Shown here: positions 39,928 to 52,411 of the stretch, one piece after another
How the letters are laid out: every line of letters starts with the position of its first letter
Numbering within the stretch: the stretch's first letter is position 1
Assembly: GCA_951406725.2 (NCBI GenBank)
Contig: OX597814.1
Coordinates: 198,896,001 to 198,960,000, forward strand
Origin: Octopus vulgaris
Lineage: Eukaryota
Direction: 5' to 3'
Length of the DNA: 64,000 nt
Position numbers and translations under genes: made by a program
Notes under the pieces: model-generated
Seen by the model: only the letters and a program-made list of their open reading frames with translations
Database searches by the model: none
Told to the model about the DNA's origin: nothing

Positions 39928-40684
39928 ATCTCTTTGGCTTCATAAAGTTTTAAAACTCCAGCATGGCTGATGCTAATAAGATTTAACACATTTTGTTTAA
40001 TACAAATTCTCAAGGGGACTTGAAGTTATGTATCTAAGACTCTGCTGGCGTTTGGTTTCATTAAAATTGCCCGATTGACGATTGGAATATAAGGGAATTG
40101 TCTATTGTGCAGGCTGGACAATATAGATTGAAACGAGCCAGTGAAAATGATTCTTTCTCATTATCTCTTAAAATTACACCCTACCGTCTTGCATACTGTT
40201 GTCTTACGTACACTACATTTGATAGAAATATGTAATACTCAAACTGAAAGTACGAATGCATTAGACGACATTCATACTTGCTGACCTTGGATTAAAGAAT
40301 AGCAACAACAGCAGCAGAAGCAACAAGAAGACCAAAGGCATATATAAAAATGGCGATTAATTTTCACATATTATTATTATTCCAATGTTCTTCAATCTGC
40401 TGACCTTTAATCCGAATAATCTTTTCAAAGTAAGATTCCATCAGATTTTCACGTTATCTTTCCACCTCATACAATTCAAATGGTTTCTCTCTTGTGAACA
40501 TGTATGTTTGTGACATATATCTTGCCAATATTTCTATCAAGTATGTGAATTAGAGATGCGATATCTGATATTTAGTTCTCCCTCTCTTTGCCACAAATTC
40601 GATATTAAGATCATTTTCCTATAAGACCTTCATACACCTGTTCAGTATTTCACTATTAGGCCTTGTTCTTACAAAGTTAACACT

Positions 40685-40846
40685 AGGTGCAGGAGTGGCT
40701 GTGTAGTAAGTAGCTTGCTTAACAACCACATGGTTCCGGGTTCAGTCCCACTGCGTAACACCTTGGGCAAGTGTCTGCTACTATAGCCTCGGGCCGACCA
40801 AAGCCTTGTGAGAGGATTTGGTAGACAGAAACTGAAAGAAGCCCGT

Positions 40847-40911
<65 letters not shown>

Positions 40912-41127
40912 TTGTGTGTGTATGTATGTTTATGTGTCTGTTTTTGTCTCTTGACAACCGATGCTGGTTTGTTTACGGCCCCGTAAATTAGCGGTTCGGC
41001 AAAAGGGACCGATAGAATAAATACTAGGCATTTTAAAGAATAAGTCCTGGGGTCGATTTACTCGACTAAAGCTGGTGCTCCAGCATGGCCACAGTCAAAA
41101 TGACTGAAACAAGTAAAAGAGTAGAGT
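40685..41127 (+). mobile_element. SINE A, full length
   Basis: Close to the family consensus. Confidence 0.92.
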
Positions 41128-41708
41128 ACTATCGTATCTTTTCAATAGCCTTGAATGACACACATTTCCTTTACTCACAACTACAAAACTATTCTCAGAA
41201 CAGAACGGTAATAACTGAAGCCAGACTAACTACAAATTAAAACATTGAAACTATTATATCAACGATAATTTATGAGCTTCATTGCTTCACATATTTTTAG
41301 AGTTTTAATGACTTACACAGTAAAACTCCAAGCAGCAATCGTGTGGTGGTTTATGAAAGAATAGAAGTAAAGGAGATAAGTCTATCATGTAGGTATTTCG
41401 TATTTCAACTTTAACCCCTTACTCCTAAACCCCAACCAACAGGCCATTATATACAATAGGAAGTCCATGTACTCGTCAGACATTTTATTAGAATTTTCTT
41501 GGTTGAGATTTTAATGTCAAATCATCGAAACTAACGGAAATATAGGAAATACGCCGATAATTACTTATAAATTAAGCAAGTGTGTTTAAAAGGATCGTCA
41601 CATCTGGTAAATATAGGTTTATTACAAACTGAGAATATACATATACATACGTGCATGCATACATACATATTTACATACATACAGGCCTAAAATACACACA
41701 CACACACA

Positions 41709-41746
<38 letters not shown>

Positions 41747-41786
41747 AAAGAATGGAGTTGAACGACGAATTAACAAAATTCCTTTA

Positions 41787-41869
41787 TTTTCGACATATGT
41801 TTCGAAGGCTGCATATTCCTAATTGAGAAGGAATAAAGAGTATATTATGCCGCTTTCTCATCAGGAAAA
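41787..41869 (-). ncRNA. Type I hammerhead ribozyme motif, intact core, in a TA-flanked segment (41743-42010)
   Basis: ttttc-CTGATGA-gaaagcggcata[...]tatgcagccttc-GAAA-catatg-TC-gaaaa. Stem II pairs 10 of 12, stem III palindromic, GUC site. Confidence 0.8.
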
Positions 41870-42007
41870 GCAAGGAACGTATGTCAACATCAAGATGCAC
41901 AAAAAACTTTTAGATGACTGCTCACACGGAGCACATAGCGATGTGAATTTGCTACCTAGGTATCGGTTAACCGAATTATCCATAACAAGATAATTCATAC
42001 TACTACT

Positions 42008-42071
<64 letters not shown>

Positions 42072-42127
42072 TTAAAAACAGAAAATGGGGAATTACTGAT
42101 TAACAATAATTGAATTGCCATTGATAT

Positions 42128-42706
42128 GTAAAAAGGGGAAAAGCTCAACCACAACCGAAAAGGGAACTTCATGGGAAAAAGGTTCTTCTCTCTATCTGGT
42201 GGGATTGCAAAGGAGTAATTCACTTTGAATTGTTACCACCTAAGCATCAATCAATGCTCAAGTCTAACTGTTAGCAATTAGAGCGTCTGAACCAAGATTT
42301 GAAGAAAAACAAGCTTTAGTGAATCGAAAAGGTGTGATGTTTCATCAGGACAATGCATGACTCCACACTGCGAAGATCACATCACAGAAGATCGAAGAGC
42401 TTGGCTGGGAAAAATTTCCTCATCCACCTAATTCTCCCGACCTTGCTCCTTCAGACTACCATTTGTTTCGTAGTTTACAGAATTTGGGGTGGGGGGCATA
42501 ACTTTCGCTAGCTTGGAGGAGGTTGAAATTGACATTTCAGAGTTTTTCGCTTTGAAACCAAATGAGTTTTACATTGATGAGATTAAAAAGCTTGTAAAGA
42601 GATGGAAGGAAGTCATAGATAATCAGGGAAAGTACATTGATGATTAAATTTCAATTAAATGTAACATTTGATCACTTGTTTTCTTTATTCAAAATTCGAA
42701 CACGAC

Positions 42707-42712
<6 letters not shown>
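42128..42712 (+). mobile_element. Mariner 3' half (DD34D-type transposase remnant)
   Basis: KKVLLSIWWDCKGVIHFELLP, FHQDNA, LGWEKFPHPPNSPDLAPSDYHLF, RWKEVIDNQGKYIDD*. Frameshifts present. Confidence 0.9.
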
Positions 42713-42753
<41 letters not shown>

Positions 42754-43434
42754 GTTATTAGCGGCTGAAGCAGTATCAGTTCAAAATAACATTGTGTATA
42801 TCTTACTAAATGTAAGATAGACTGTGGAAAGCCTGCGGGTTATTCTCGACGCCTGTAGGACGATGTGGGAGGCAAATACATATGTGTGTGTGTGTATGTA
42901 TGTGTATATTTATATTTATATATACTGACTACAAAACCACCTGGTTTTTGAGCGAGTGTCTTAACCAGACTGCCATGTCTGCGCCCATGAGAGACACTTG
43001 ACCATTGTGTCGTACCATGGGACTTAATTCGGTGTATATATATAAAAGAGTGCTGATAGTATATAACAGTATATAGCTGGACTTCTCTTCATGCTTCTTG
43101 GTTTCTGGTCGTTCGGCTGACTCGTTACGATGTCACGGAAAATCGATGCTAACCGACTGTAAGTCTTAATAAGCATTTTTAACAGCTGAGTCGTCTTCAG
43201 TAAAATGAAGTAAGGTAGTTTGCTCAAAGAAAAACCCACCTGCTGAACATGGAATCGAACCGATGATTATATTATAGAGAACATAATTGCTTAACCAATA
43301 TGCTGTTTTCTTCGATTTGTATAATATTTGTATGAACTGAAATAATTCAACATTGATGAGGGGTAATTGATGAGGTAGGCGATTTTGTTTCAGTTTGCAG
43401 CTTATGACAATTTACAAAATATATCCGGTGTAAG

Positions 43435-44035
43435 TGAAGTTCCTTCCCGAGTCATATAGACTCAAATGATTGGAGGCGCAATGGCCCAGTGATTAGGGCA
43501 GCGGACATGCGGTCATAGGATCGCGGTTTCGATTCCCAGACCGGGCGTTGTGAGTGTTTATTGAGCGAAAACACCTAAAAGCTCCACGAGGCTCCGGCAG
43601 GGGATGGTGGCGATACCTGCTGTACTCTTTCACCACAACTTTCTCTCACTCTTTCTTCCTGTTTCTGTTGTACCTGTATTTCAAAGGGCCGGCCTTGTCA
43701 CTCTCTGTGTCACGCTGAATGTCCCCGAGAACTACGTTAAGGATGCACGTGTCTGTGGAGTGCTCAGCCACTTACACGTTAATTTCACGTGCAGGCTGTT
43801 CCGTTGAATCGGATCAACCGGAACCCTCATCGTCGTAACCGACGGAGTGCTTCCACAGACTCAAAGGGCTGGTTTCCTGGTTTGCATGACGGATGTATTC
43901 CCCACCTTGATTGGGTACCGGTTCGTCCCAGGATTACATATTTTTACCCGCTGAGAGGACTGTAGCACCTGAAATAAAGTGTTTTGCTCATGAACACAAC
44001 GCCTCGCCCGGGTCAGGAATCGAACGCGCCTCCAC
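43435..44035 (-). mobile_element. Old CORE-like SINE with tail 3, interrupted by SINE C
   Basis: gaaataaagtgttttgctcatgaacacaac block. Tail-3 remnants on both sides of the insertion. Confidence 0.65.
43471..43856 (+). mobile_element. SINE C with tail 1, full length
   Basis: tRNA-Arg-like head tggcccagtgattagg...ggtttcgattcc. TSD agactcaaa at 43458-43466 and 43857-43865. Confidence 0.9.
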
Positions 44036-44642
44036 AATATATCCAGTACAGAAATGAATTTTTGAAGAGGTACATCTCAGGCTTCCTTGCTATGAAAAGA
44101 GACAAGGAACATTGAGGCTATATTATCTGATGGACGGTTTGTTTGGTTACAACATGAACGAAAAACTTCAGCTTTATTTTTAAATGTTATTATGAAACTC
44201 AGTGACTCGAGGATACATTTAAAATTTTCAGCATAAATAAATATTAATAATCTACGAGTAATTTAAGGTACAGAACCAGAAAGATTAATAGACATTTCTA
44301 TGGTTAATGATATCACATTAAAAGAAACATTATTGAGCTTCTGGGCCCAGAACATCTATTATTTGTCAAAATATTAATAATGCTTAAATACCGAATGTTT
44401 GATATTTTATATTTTACTTTCATAAATGAACATTTGGGAATACTATTACTACTAAGCAATCAATACATTTATGTATAGAGTAAAGCCTAAATATATATAT
44501 ATATTTTATGTTCCGTGATCTTAACCGCTGTGTCGTTCGGCGTTCATAAATCATGTTAAGTCATTCGATTTTAATGTTTTTCCACCATCTTTCTCTCTCA
44601 CGCACATATACAAGTGTATGTATAATAATAATAATAATAATA

Positions 44643-44680
<38 letters not shown>

Positions 44681-44682
<2 letters not shown>

Positions 44683-45075
44683 GGGTACAGGACGTCACCA
44701 ACAATGAAAATAACATGAAATACGTACACAGACAAGGGGAAAATGAGTGAAATACGTGAACTAGAAAATAATAGAAGACAGGACAAGTAAACACATAGAA
44801 AGGAACCTTCATCAGTTGTCGGCTGTCTATCTACTCCTCATTTCTAGCATTCAATGAAAATATGAGTTTTCAAAGACAGCTGCTCTTATAAATTCTAAAA
44901 TAAATTTAGGATTTATGGAGGGTTAAAGTTGGGAATAAAAAAATGACAATGGACATATGCAAGGAAACTGAGTGAAAACCAACATGGAGGGTCGTTAGAC
45001 TAAAACGCGAGGAAAATGGTAAACGGTGGGAGAAACATTTTTCGAAAAGAGAAACGATAGACGAGAGAAAACACG
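44681..45075 (-). repeat. Dispersed repeat, possibly Penelope-derived
   Basis: Shares atgggtacaggac and ttc(a/t)tcagttgtc...tctactcc with 53888-54065. Confidence 0.5.
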
Positions 45076-45501
45076 GATACATATAATATGATACATCGAT
45101 AAAACATGTACAAACAAATTGTGTTTATGTAATTTTGTGTGTCTATATCTGTGTAAACGAACACAGTGTTTTAGAATATTTTACTGTGCGCATCACCATT
45201 TATGACTGTATGTAATGGGCACAAGCTCTAAGAGGATGAATGAGGCAAAGTAAACGAAAATTCAACCCTCATCAGATATCCCATGAAGGATTTTGTCAGT
45301 TTTGACGTTTTGAGATATAGCTACTAAAATAGGAGTATGTTGAACCCTGGGAACCAGACCGAAAATAAACGGGGAATATATTGTGGAAACTTAGTTACTG
45401 GAACGGAGATAAAAAGCAATGATACGTTAAAGAATTACAGAAAATTGTGGTAGTTATGGCAAAGAAAACGGGAAAATAGGTCATACGATGAAATGAAATA
45501 T

Positions 45502-45862
45502 AGCGCAGGTATGGCCGTTTGGCAAGAAATCTGCTTTCCAGCGATATGGTTCCAGGTTCAGTACTACTGCGTGGTGCCTTCAACAAATGTCTCCTACTAC
45601 AGCCTCAGGCTGACCAATGCCTTGCGAGTGGATTTGGTAGACGGAAACTGAAAGAAGCCCGTCGTGTGTCTATGTATATTTGTGTGTGTGTCTCCGATCA
45701 CTGCTTGACAACTGGTGTTGGTTTGTTTACGTCCTTGTAAATCAGTGGTTTGGAAAATGAGACCAATGGAATAAGCTTACAAAAAGCACTGGCGTCGATT
45801 CGCTCGAGTAAAATCTCAAGGCATTGTCCCAGCATGATTGCAGTTTAATGACTGTAAAAGAG
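45502..45862 (+). mobile_element. Diverged SINE A
   Basis: gagtggatttggtagacggaaactgaaagaagcccgtcg conserved. Confidence 0.8.
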
Positions 45863-45969
45863 AACGTATAAATCTGTTTATTGCATAAAATATAATATTA
45901 GTAAATTATAAGTTAAATAAACGAGACAAATAAACGCAATACAGATATGCCACAAGTAAGTGGTAGAAA

Positions 45970-46211
45970 GTGAAGGCATGTGGCCTAGTGGTTAGAGGAG
46001 CGGACTCGCGGTCGAAGGATCTTGGGTACGAATCTCAGATCGGGCGATGTGCGTGTGTTTATGAGCGAAACACCTAAGCTCCACGCGGCTCCAGCAGAAG
46101 GTAATGGTGAACTTCTACTGACTCTTTCGCCACAACTTTCTCTTGCTCTTTCCTCCCGCATCTGGCAGCTCACCTGAGAAGAAACTTGTTGTTTGTGAAG
46201 GAACAAACAAC
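45970..46211 (+). mobile_element. SINE C with deleted tail 3
   Basis: Head and centre match the 30286 and 46382 copies. Confidence 0.85.
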
Positions 46212-46381
46212 AACTGGCAGAAAAGAAAAAAAACAGGGTGAAATAGTTAGACGATATCTTTAAGCGGGGAGTAGAACGATACGTCGTTTTATTTGGGGAC
46301 CAGAAGGTGAGATGAGGATTTTGTAGGTAGAGCGGTATTAGAAGGTGGGAAGTTGAGTACGAAAAGTCGCATAGTAGATAT

Positions 46382-46695
46382 TGTTTTGTTGTTGTTTGTT
46401 CCTTCGCGAGCCACGCCTAGCTCATAAGAGCCGGCTTCCCGGTTTCATTGGCGTATAGGTTCCCCACCTGGATGGGACGCCGGTCCGTCGCAGGTGAGCT
46501 GCAATATGCTTGAGGAAAGAGTGAGAGAAAGTTGTGGCGAAAGAGTCAGCAGAAGTTTGCCATTACCTTCTGCCGGAGCTGCGTGGATCTTAGGTGTTTC
46601 GCTCATAAACACACACATCGCCCGGCCTGAGATTCGAACCTGTGATCCCTCAACTGCGAATCCACTGCTCTAACCACTAGGCCATGTACCTCCAC
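46382..46695 (-). mobile_element. SINE C with tail 3
   Basis: Full-length match to 30286-30592. Confidence 0.9.
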
Positions 46696-46904
46696 AAGGT
46701 AGAAAAGTAATAGATTTTGTATAGTAGGACCATCTCCCCATGAAATGTCTAACAACTGTATCTAATGGCTTGCTAATGTTACTCGTCCCGTCGAAACTAC
46801 CAGCTTCCTTGGCGAGATAACTGCTGAAGGTTAAATGTTTTTCTCTATTGTCTTCTACCTGCTTTCACCGCTTGCGCCTGTTTCCTATATTCGTAATTGA
46901 CACA

Positions 46905-47212
46905 GTGGAGGCGTGATAGCCCTGTTGTTAGGGCAGCGGACTCGTGGTCACAGGATCGCGGTTTCGATTCCCAGACCGGGCGTTGTGTGTGTTTATTGAG
47001 CGAAAACACCTAAAATCTCCACGAGGCTCCGGCAGGAGAGAGGGCGACCCCTGTTGTACCCTTTCGCCCCCAACTTTCTCTCACTCTTTCTTCATGTTTC
47101 TTGGGTCACGCTGCGATGAACAGGCCTCCCGTCCAGCTGGGGTGGGGGGCTCATACGCCACAGAAACAGGGCCCATGAGCCTGGCTAGGCTTGAAAAGGG
47201 CGCATAAATAAC
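46905..47212 (+). mobile_element. SINE C with a tail-3-related variant tail
   Basis: Head as in the 43471 copy. Tail ctgcgatgaacaggcctcccgtccag...aagggcgcataaata. Confidence 0.85.
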
Positions 47213-47544
47213 AATAGCACTGTAATAGGTGACTTATTCGAATTAAAAAAAAGCTTGCTAAACATATTAATTAATGCTGCATAGAGTCAGTCACCTAGAA
47301 GGTAAATGACAGCGCGTATTGTTGGATTAATGTTATTTCTATCAAATTGATATATCTGTTAATGACAGAAACAAGAACTTTTGGAGTATTAAACGTTTAT
47401 TAAAGAATCAAATGACATGCAGTCTATATAACTTCCCGTGACAAGGATTAATTAGATGCAAACATTGTATACCTTTTCGAAAACAACACCCCTGCCTCTA
47501 TTACACTTTTCCAAGTATACATAAAATACAACGCGTATTTATAG

Positions 47545-47940
47545 TACTCTCTCTTTTACTCTTTTACTTGTTTCAGTCATTTGACTGCGGCCATGCTGCA
47601 GCACGCTTTAAGTCGAGCAAATCGACCCCGTGACTTATTCTATCGATCTCTTTTGCCGAACCGCTAGATGACGGGGACATAAACACACCAGCATCGGTTG
47701 TCAAACAACGCTAGGGGGACAAACACAGACACACGAACATATACACACACATATATATATATATATACATATATACGACAGGCTTCTTTCAGTTTCAGTC
47801 TACCAAATCCACTCACAAGGCATTGGTCGGCCCGGGGCTATCGTAGAAGACACTTGCCCAAGATGCCACGCAGTGCGACTGAACCCGAAACCATGTGGCT
47901 GGTAAGCAAGCTACTTACCACACAACCACTCCTGCGCCTA
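47545..47940 (-). mobile_element. SINE A, full length
   Basis: Reverse complement of the family consensus. Confidence 0.9.
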
Positions 47941-48089
47941 TAGGATTTTTTTTTTTACATGTTTTAGTCTCGTGACTGTCGCCAGGGTGGGACACCATCT
48001 TCTAGGGTTTAGACAAACAGGTCGACCCTAGTGCTTATTATTGAAAGTTTGGTGCATATATCTGTATAAACACGCACATATATTCGTGT

Positions 48090-48363
48090 AACATCGTCTG
48101 TTTTTCCGTCCTTGTTTACGTATACATTCGATGCTTTTTACCAAGGAATCTAATGCTCTTAGTTTAGTTTTTTCTTGGGGCTGGCCAGATTGGAGCAACC
48201 TCAAGATTAATCAGCCGAAATTGCGAGGATGATCCGGTTCTTGACTGTGGATAAAAAGCTTCGAATGACCCGTCCTTGTTGTATTTGTATCGTCTATCTG
48301 GATGTTTTGTCTCTTTTTGTATCACCTAGTTGTCCGGATGTTTTGCGTTCTTGTCCCATTTTG

Positions 48364-48367
<4 letters not shown>
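48090..48367 (+). repeat. Second copy of the 15210-15410 repeat
   Basis: ggggctggccagattggagcaa...gaatgacccgtccttgtt...tgcgttcttgtcccattttg, then (TA)n. Confidence 0.7.
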
Positions 48368-48407
<40 letters not shown>

Positions 48408-48499
48408 TATATAGGTTTGGCCATACAAACAGGATATTAATACTTAAGATATGAGTATATATACATACGTACATACATAAATACGGACATAGATATATA

Positions 48500-49361
48500 C
48501 ACGATAGGTGAAATGTAAGTAGGCATTAAAAATTGGTAATAAAATCCATATTCCTTTTACAAATTTTTGAAACAAATGATACATGTTCTTTATTACATGG
48601 GAAAATGAAAGTAAATCTTCATATTTTAACGTAAGTATCGGCGGCATCAACCAGTTTCCTGAAACGGCCTGGGATATAGAGAATAACCTTCTGAAGGACG
48701 TCTCCTGGGATATCATTGAAAATCTCCTGTATCCTGGTCTCCCAGTCGTCTTGTGTTTGAGGTTTTCTCTAGTACACCTCTTTTGTGTAACCCCACAGGT
48801 AAAAATCATATGATGTGATATCTGGATTTCTGCGGTCACAGTCTTCGGGTTTTAGCTCCTGCACGTAATGCACGGACGAAAATTCTATTCTTTATGCAAC
48901 ACCCTCCGTATTGTATGTCTTGTTAGTCCACTTTCACGAGCTGCTTCACTTGTTGATTTTTGCGGGTTGCGGTTAAACATTTCCTGCACTGTTACCACGC
49001 TCTCCGCTGATCGGGATGTTGTTGGACGGCTACTTCTTTTAGCATCATTCACAGAACCCGTGGTCATCGGCTTTGGATGACAATTTTATATTGTCTCTGG
49101 ACATAATTACCTTTCCGTGCACGCCACCATCTCTGAAGCATAACAATGGAATTCCACACTTTATAGCGTGCTGCTGTCTTAGCTCGCTCCTGAAGAATCA
49201 AGCGACCGGCCATCTGGAAAACAAGTAATAAGAAATAAGACAAAAAGAAAATAAAGAGTCCCCATTAGTGTTGTCTGTTTAAAATGTTTTCGTCATGACT
49301 TCAGTGATAATAAAAATTCTATAAGCAATTTATAATGCCTAGTTACTTTCCACCCACACTA
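48500..49361 (-). mobile_element. Deleted Tc1/mariner-superfamily element
   Basis: Imperfect 28-bp TIRs (...ggtgaaatgtaagtaggcatt / ...ggtggaaagtaactaggcatt) and TA flanks. TGSVNDAKRSSRPTTSRSAE..RNPQKSTSEAARESG HTH region. Confidence 0.8.
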
Positions 49362-49409
49362 TATATATATGTCGGTGGGTGTGTCTGAATTTATGCGTGC
49401 ATATATATC

Positions 49410-49696
49410 TGAGTCTGAGACCCACTTCGGTCACGACACTGACCATGGGATTGCACTTAGAAAGTTACCCTCTGAGGCAAAAGTCTGGGCAAGGTTGTTT
49501 TATGGAAGACCAGCAGTCGCCCATGCATACCAGCCTCCCCTCTCCACGCCACCAGTGTTATCCAGAGGAAATGCAAAGGTGAGTATACTGGAGCAACGGG
49601 AAATAAAGAGTCTTGCTCAAGAACACAACACGCAGGCCGGTCCGGAATTCGAGCTCACAACCTCACGATCGTAAGCTCGACGCTCTAACTACTGAG
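49410..49696 (-). mobile_element. CORE-like SINE with another tail
   Basis: Minus head ctcagtagttagagcgtcg..., block gtgttgtgttcttgagcaagactctttatttc. Confidence 0.7.
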
Positions 49697-50448
49697 GGAG
49701 AGAGAGAGAGAGAACGGGTCTTCTTGGTCAGCCCCGAGCTGCAGTAGCAGACACTTGAAAAAATGATAGCCAGAGGGATTGGATCCGAAAGCATGAGGTT
49801 GCGAAGCGAACTTCTTAACCACACAGCTACTTCTGCACTTTTAACTGCGAAGGAAATTGGAATTAGAGTTACTTAAAAATTCAAATCTTTTAAATTGAAT
49901 TGCTCATACAATGTAAATTCTATTCAAGATCTTAATTGTAATTTTGTAAGAGAGGAAGTTAGGGAAATTTATGAAATCCTGTTTTGGTTGATGTTTATTC
50001 TTGTGAGTGTTTTACATATAAAAAGAAAGTAGATGCGATCTTAATACAAATGATCCATTGTTCAATCAACAAAGGATTTTATAACGTTTTGTTGATATGG
50101 ATAACCATGGTGACAAATGATCGATAAATTAGTACTAATCATACGCAACCAAAATAGAAATCCCATTCTTGATTTATTGGGGAAATGTTTCATTAGTACT
50201 CGTGACTGTTAGTCCAAACTGTTGTAAAAGAGCATAAGAGATAGATGAAGCTGAAAGACTGACACACAAACGGCGACACTGGAACACACACACGCAAGCA
50301 CGCAACGTGTTTGTTTGAATTTTTCCTGTAAAATTCTATTGTGTCATTGAGCCATAATTTTCTACAAATAGACGTAATGTATGCATCTGTGTATGCATGT
50401 ATGTATGTATTTATGTATGTGTGCATATGTGTTGTTTTCTGCTAATTA

Positions 50449-50817
50449 CACTGTGCAACAAATTTCAGGTTCAAAAAAAGTAAAAGTGAAGTAAAATTTG
50501 TTTCTGGGTCAAAAACATTGTCATGATTCTGATTCTGACCTTTATTTCTCCAGATTAGGCACAGTTTTCCTGTACCATGAACCATATATTTTATAATATA
50601 ATGCATATCATAAAACTGTAACTGTGCTATTTATCATATCACATTGTAGGTGTTACTAAAATTGGTAGAGAATTTTATTAAAATATCATGACAAAATGGG
50701 TATACAGTGACAGTTCTGTAGAAACCATGCCTAACTCAACAAAAAGAAGGCCAGAAATGGATTTCCCATATCAAAATAGCCAAAGATCTCTTGTACTTTT
50801 CTGAGTGTTGCACAGTG
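50449..50817. mobile_element. Chapaev3-like non-autonomous DNA transposon
   Basis: 12-bp TIR cactgtgcaaca / tgttgcacagtg with a 3-bp TTA duplication on both sides. Confidence 0.7.
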
Positions 50818-51016
50818 TTATTTGAAGTTTTCCTGCATCTGAGGTGCTGGTTTCTAACAACCATACAAATCTCCATCACTGAAATGTACAAAACAAAAGC
50901 AGTGTTACATGTTGGACTTGTGAAAAGTCTTGCATATATTCACTGTTCCATATTTGAGATGTGTCTTAGCTGGTTGATTTCTTTTCTGAAAAAAAGTTAT
51001 TTGATTGTTATTATTC

Positions 51017-51221
51017 TGTGCGTCTGTGTTTGTTCCCCCGCTATCGCTTGATAACCGATGCTGGTGTGTTTATGTCCCTGAAACTTAGCGGTTCGGCGAA
51101 AGAGACCGATCTAAGTACTAGGATTACAAAGATTAAGTCCTGGGGTCGATTTCTTCGACTAAAGGCGGTACTCCAACATGGCCGCAGTCAAATGACTGAG
51201 ACTTGTAAAAGGGTAAAAGAC
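51017..51221 (+). mobile_element. SINE A, 3' half
   Basis: Starts at the internal TG tract and matches the consensus tail. Confidence 0.85.
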
Positions 51222-51693
51222 TATACAAAGAAGTGGAAAATGCACTGAGATGGTTTTATAGGCTTACACGATTTTCTTGTTTTTCAAAAGTTGAGATAGA
51301 ATGCTCTGCGGCTTGGCCGTAACTGCCTTGCCCATTTTGCCAGCCTTAACTTTCGGCGTAAAAATATTGTCACATGATATTAAGAAAGTATGTATCATTG
51401 AACTTATAAAATTCCTAAATATAATCAGGCGATCATCCTCTTCCAATCAAATGATACCCCTAGCAGATATTAATCTGAGTCAGGTTCTCTCCTTAAAAAC
51501 AAGAGTATTTTCGAACTCTACTAGACAGTTGCCGAATAGCCCACGTCTTTCTATCTCACTCACATATTGGGAATAAGAAAAATCTGTGAAACCAGTTGAG
51601 CTTTTAAACATAAATCATCTAAAATAAAACTCCCACTGGATTTTCAGTTTCTTTTTACTAAATTTCTACTCCTATGGAATAACTTTCTTTCCA

Positions 51694-51763
<70 letters not shown>

Positions 51764-51781
51764 CAGATGTATATGTGTGCT

Positions 51782-52411
51782 TAATAATGCAAGTCTGTCG
51801 GGGTTCGACAATGACGTCAGTGACGCCGGTGCTGGGTGCGGAACCCAAAGGCGGATGCGCCGACGCGGCCATATGTTGGGAACGTAACAGCAGAAGTAGG
51901 GTTGGGGATCCTCTCTTTCCGGGCTTGTCGCTTCTGATCCAGGCTCTTGAGGCACTTTTCTTCAAACAGCCTAACACCCTTTTGGACAGCTGGACGCCAG
52001 GCTCCGCGGTCAGAGGCAAGCGATTCCCAGCCACGGGCTGAAATGCCGCTGGCTTCAAGGGAAATTTTCAGGCTGTTCTTGTATCGCCTCAGTGGCCTTC
52101 CAGGGTTTCTTGCTCCAGAAGCCAACTCAGAGAAGATCATCTTTGGTAGACGCGCATCGTCTATTCAAACTACATGTCCGACCCACCGGAGCTGGGCCTT
52201 CATAATGAGGACTTCGATACCGGGCATTTCGGCTCTGCGAAGAACCTCAGTGTTGGAGACTCTGTCTTCCCAGGAAATTTCAATGAGACGTCGCAAGCAG
52301 CGGAGGTGGAACTGGTCAAGTACTCGCATTTGCCTCCTGTACAGCGTCCACGCCCCACAGCCGCGAAGACGACTGCCCCTATAGACTGCCAGCTTGGTGG
52401 AAAGTCTGATG
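51782..52411 (-). mobile_element. RTE (BovB-like) LINE 3' end
   Basis: STKLAVYR..WTLYRRQMRVLDQFHLRCLRRL..SWEDRVSNTEVL..QLRWVGHV; GRPLRRYKNSLK; DRGAWR; degenerate C-terminal zinc finger; short 3' UTR. Confidence 0.9.

Noticed and set aside
43471-43545. Possible tRNA genes at SINE heads
   Set aside because: No clean cloverleaf or terminator; each continues into a SINE body, often with a TSD.
44800-44850. CTGATGA/CTGAAGA on the minus strand (also ~54025-54065)
   Set aside because: GAAA lies on the wrong side and I could not build a consistent three-stem fold.
45962-46705. ggtagaaa direct repeat flanking an inverted SINE C pair, suggesting a composite element
   Set aside because: Only 8 bp and offset from the right end; chance is plausible.
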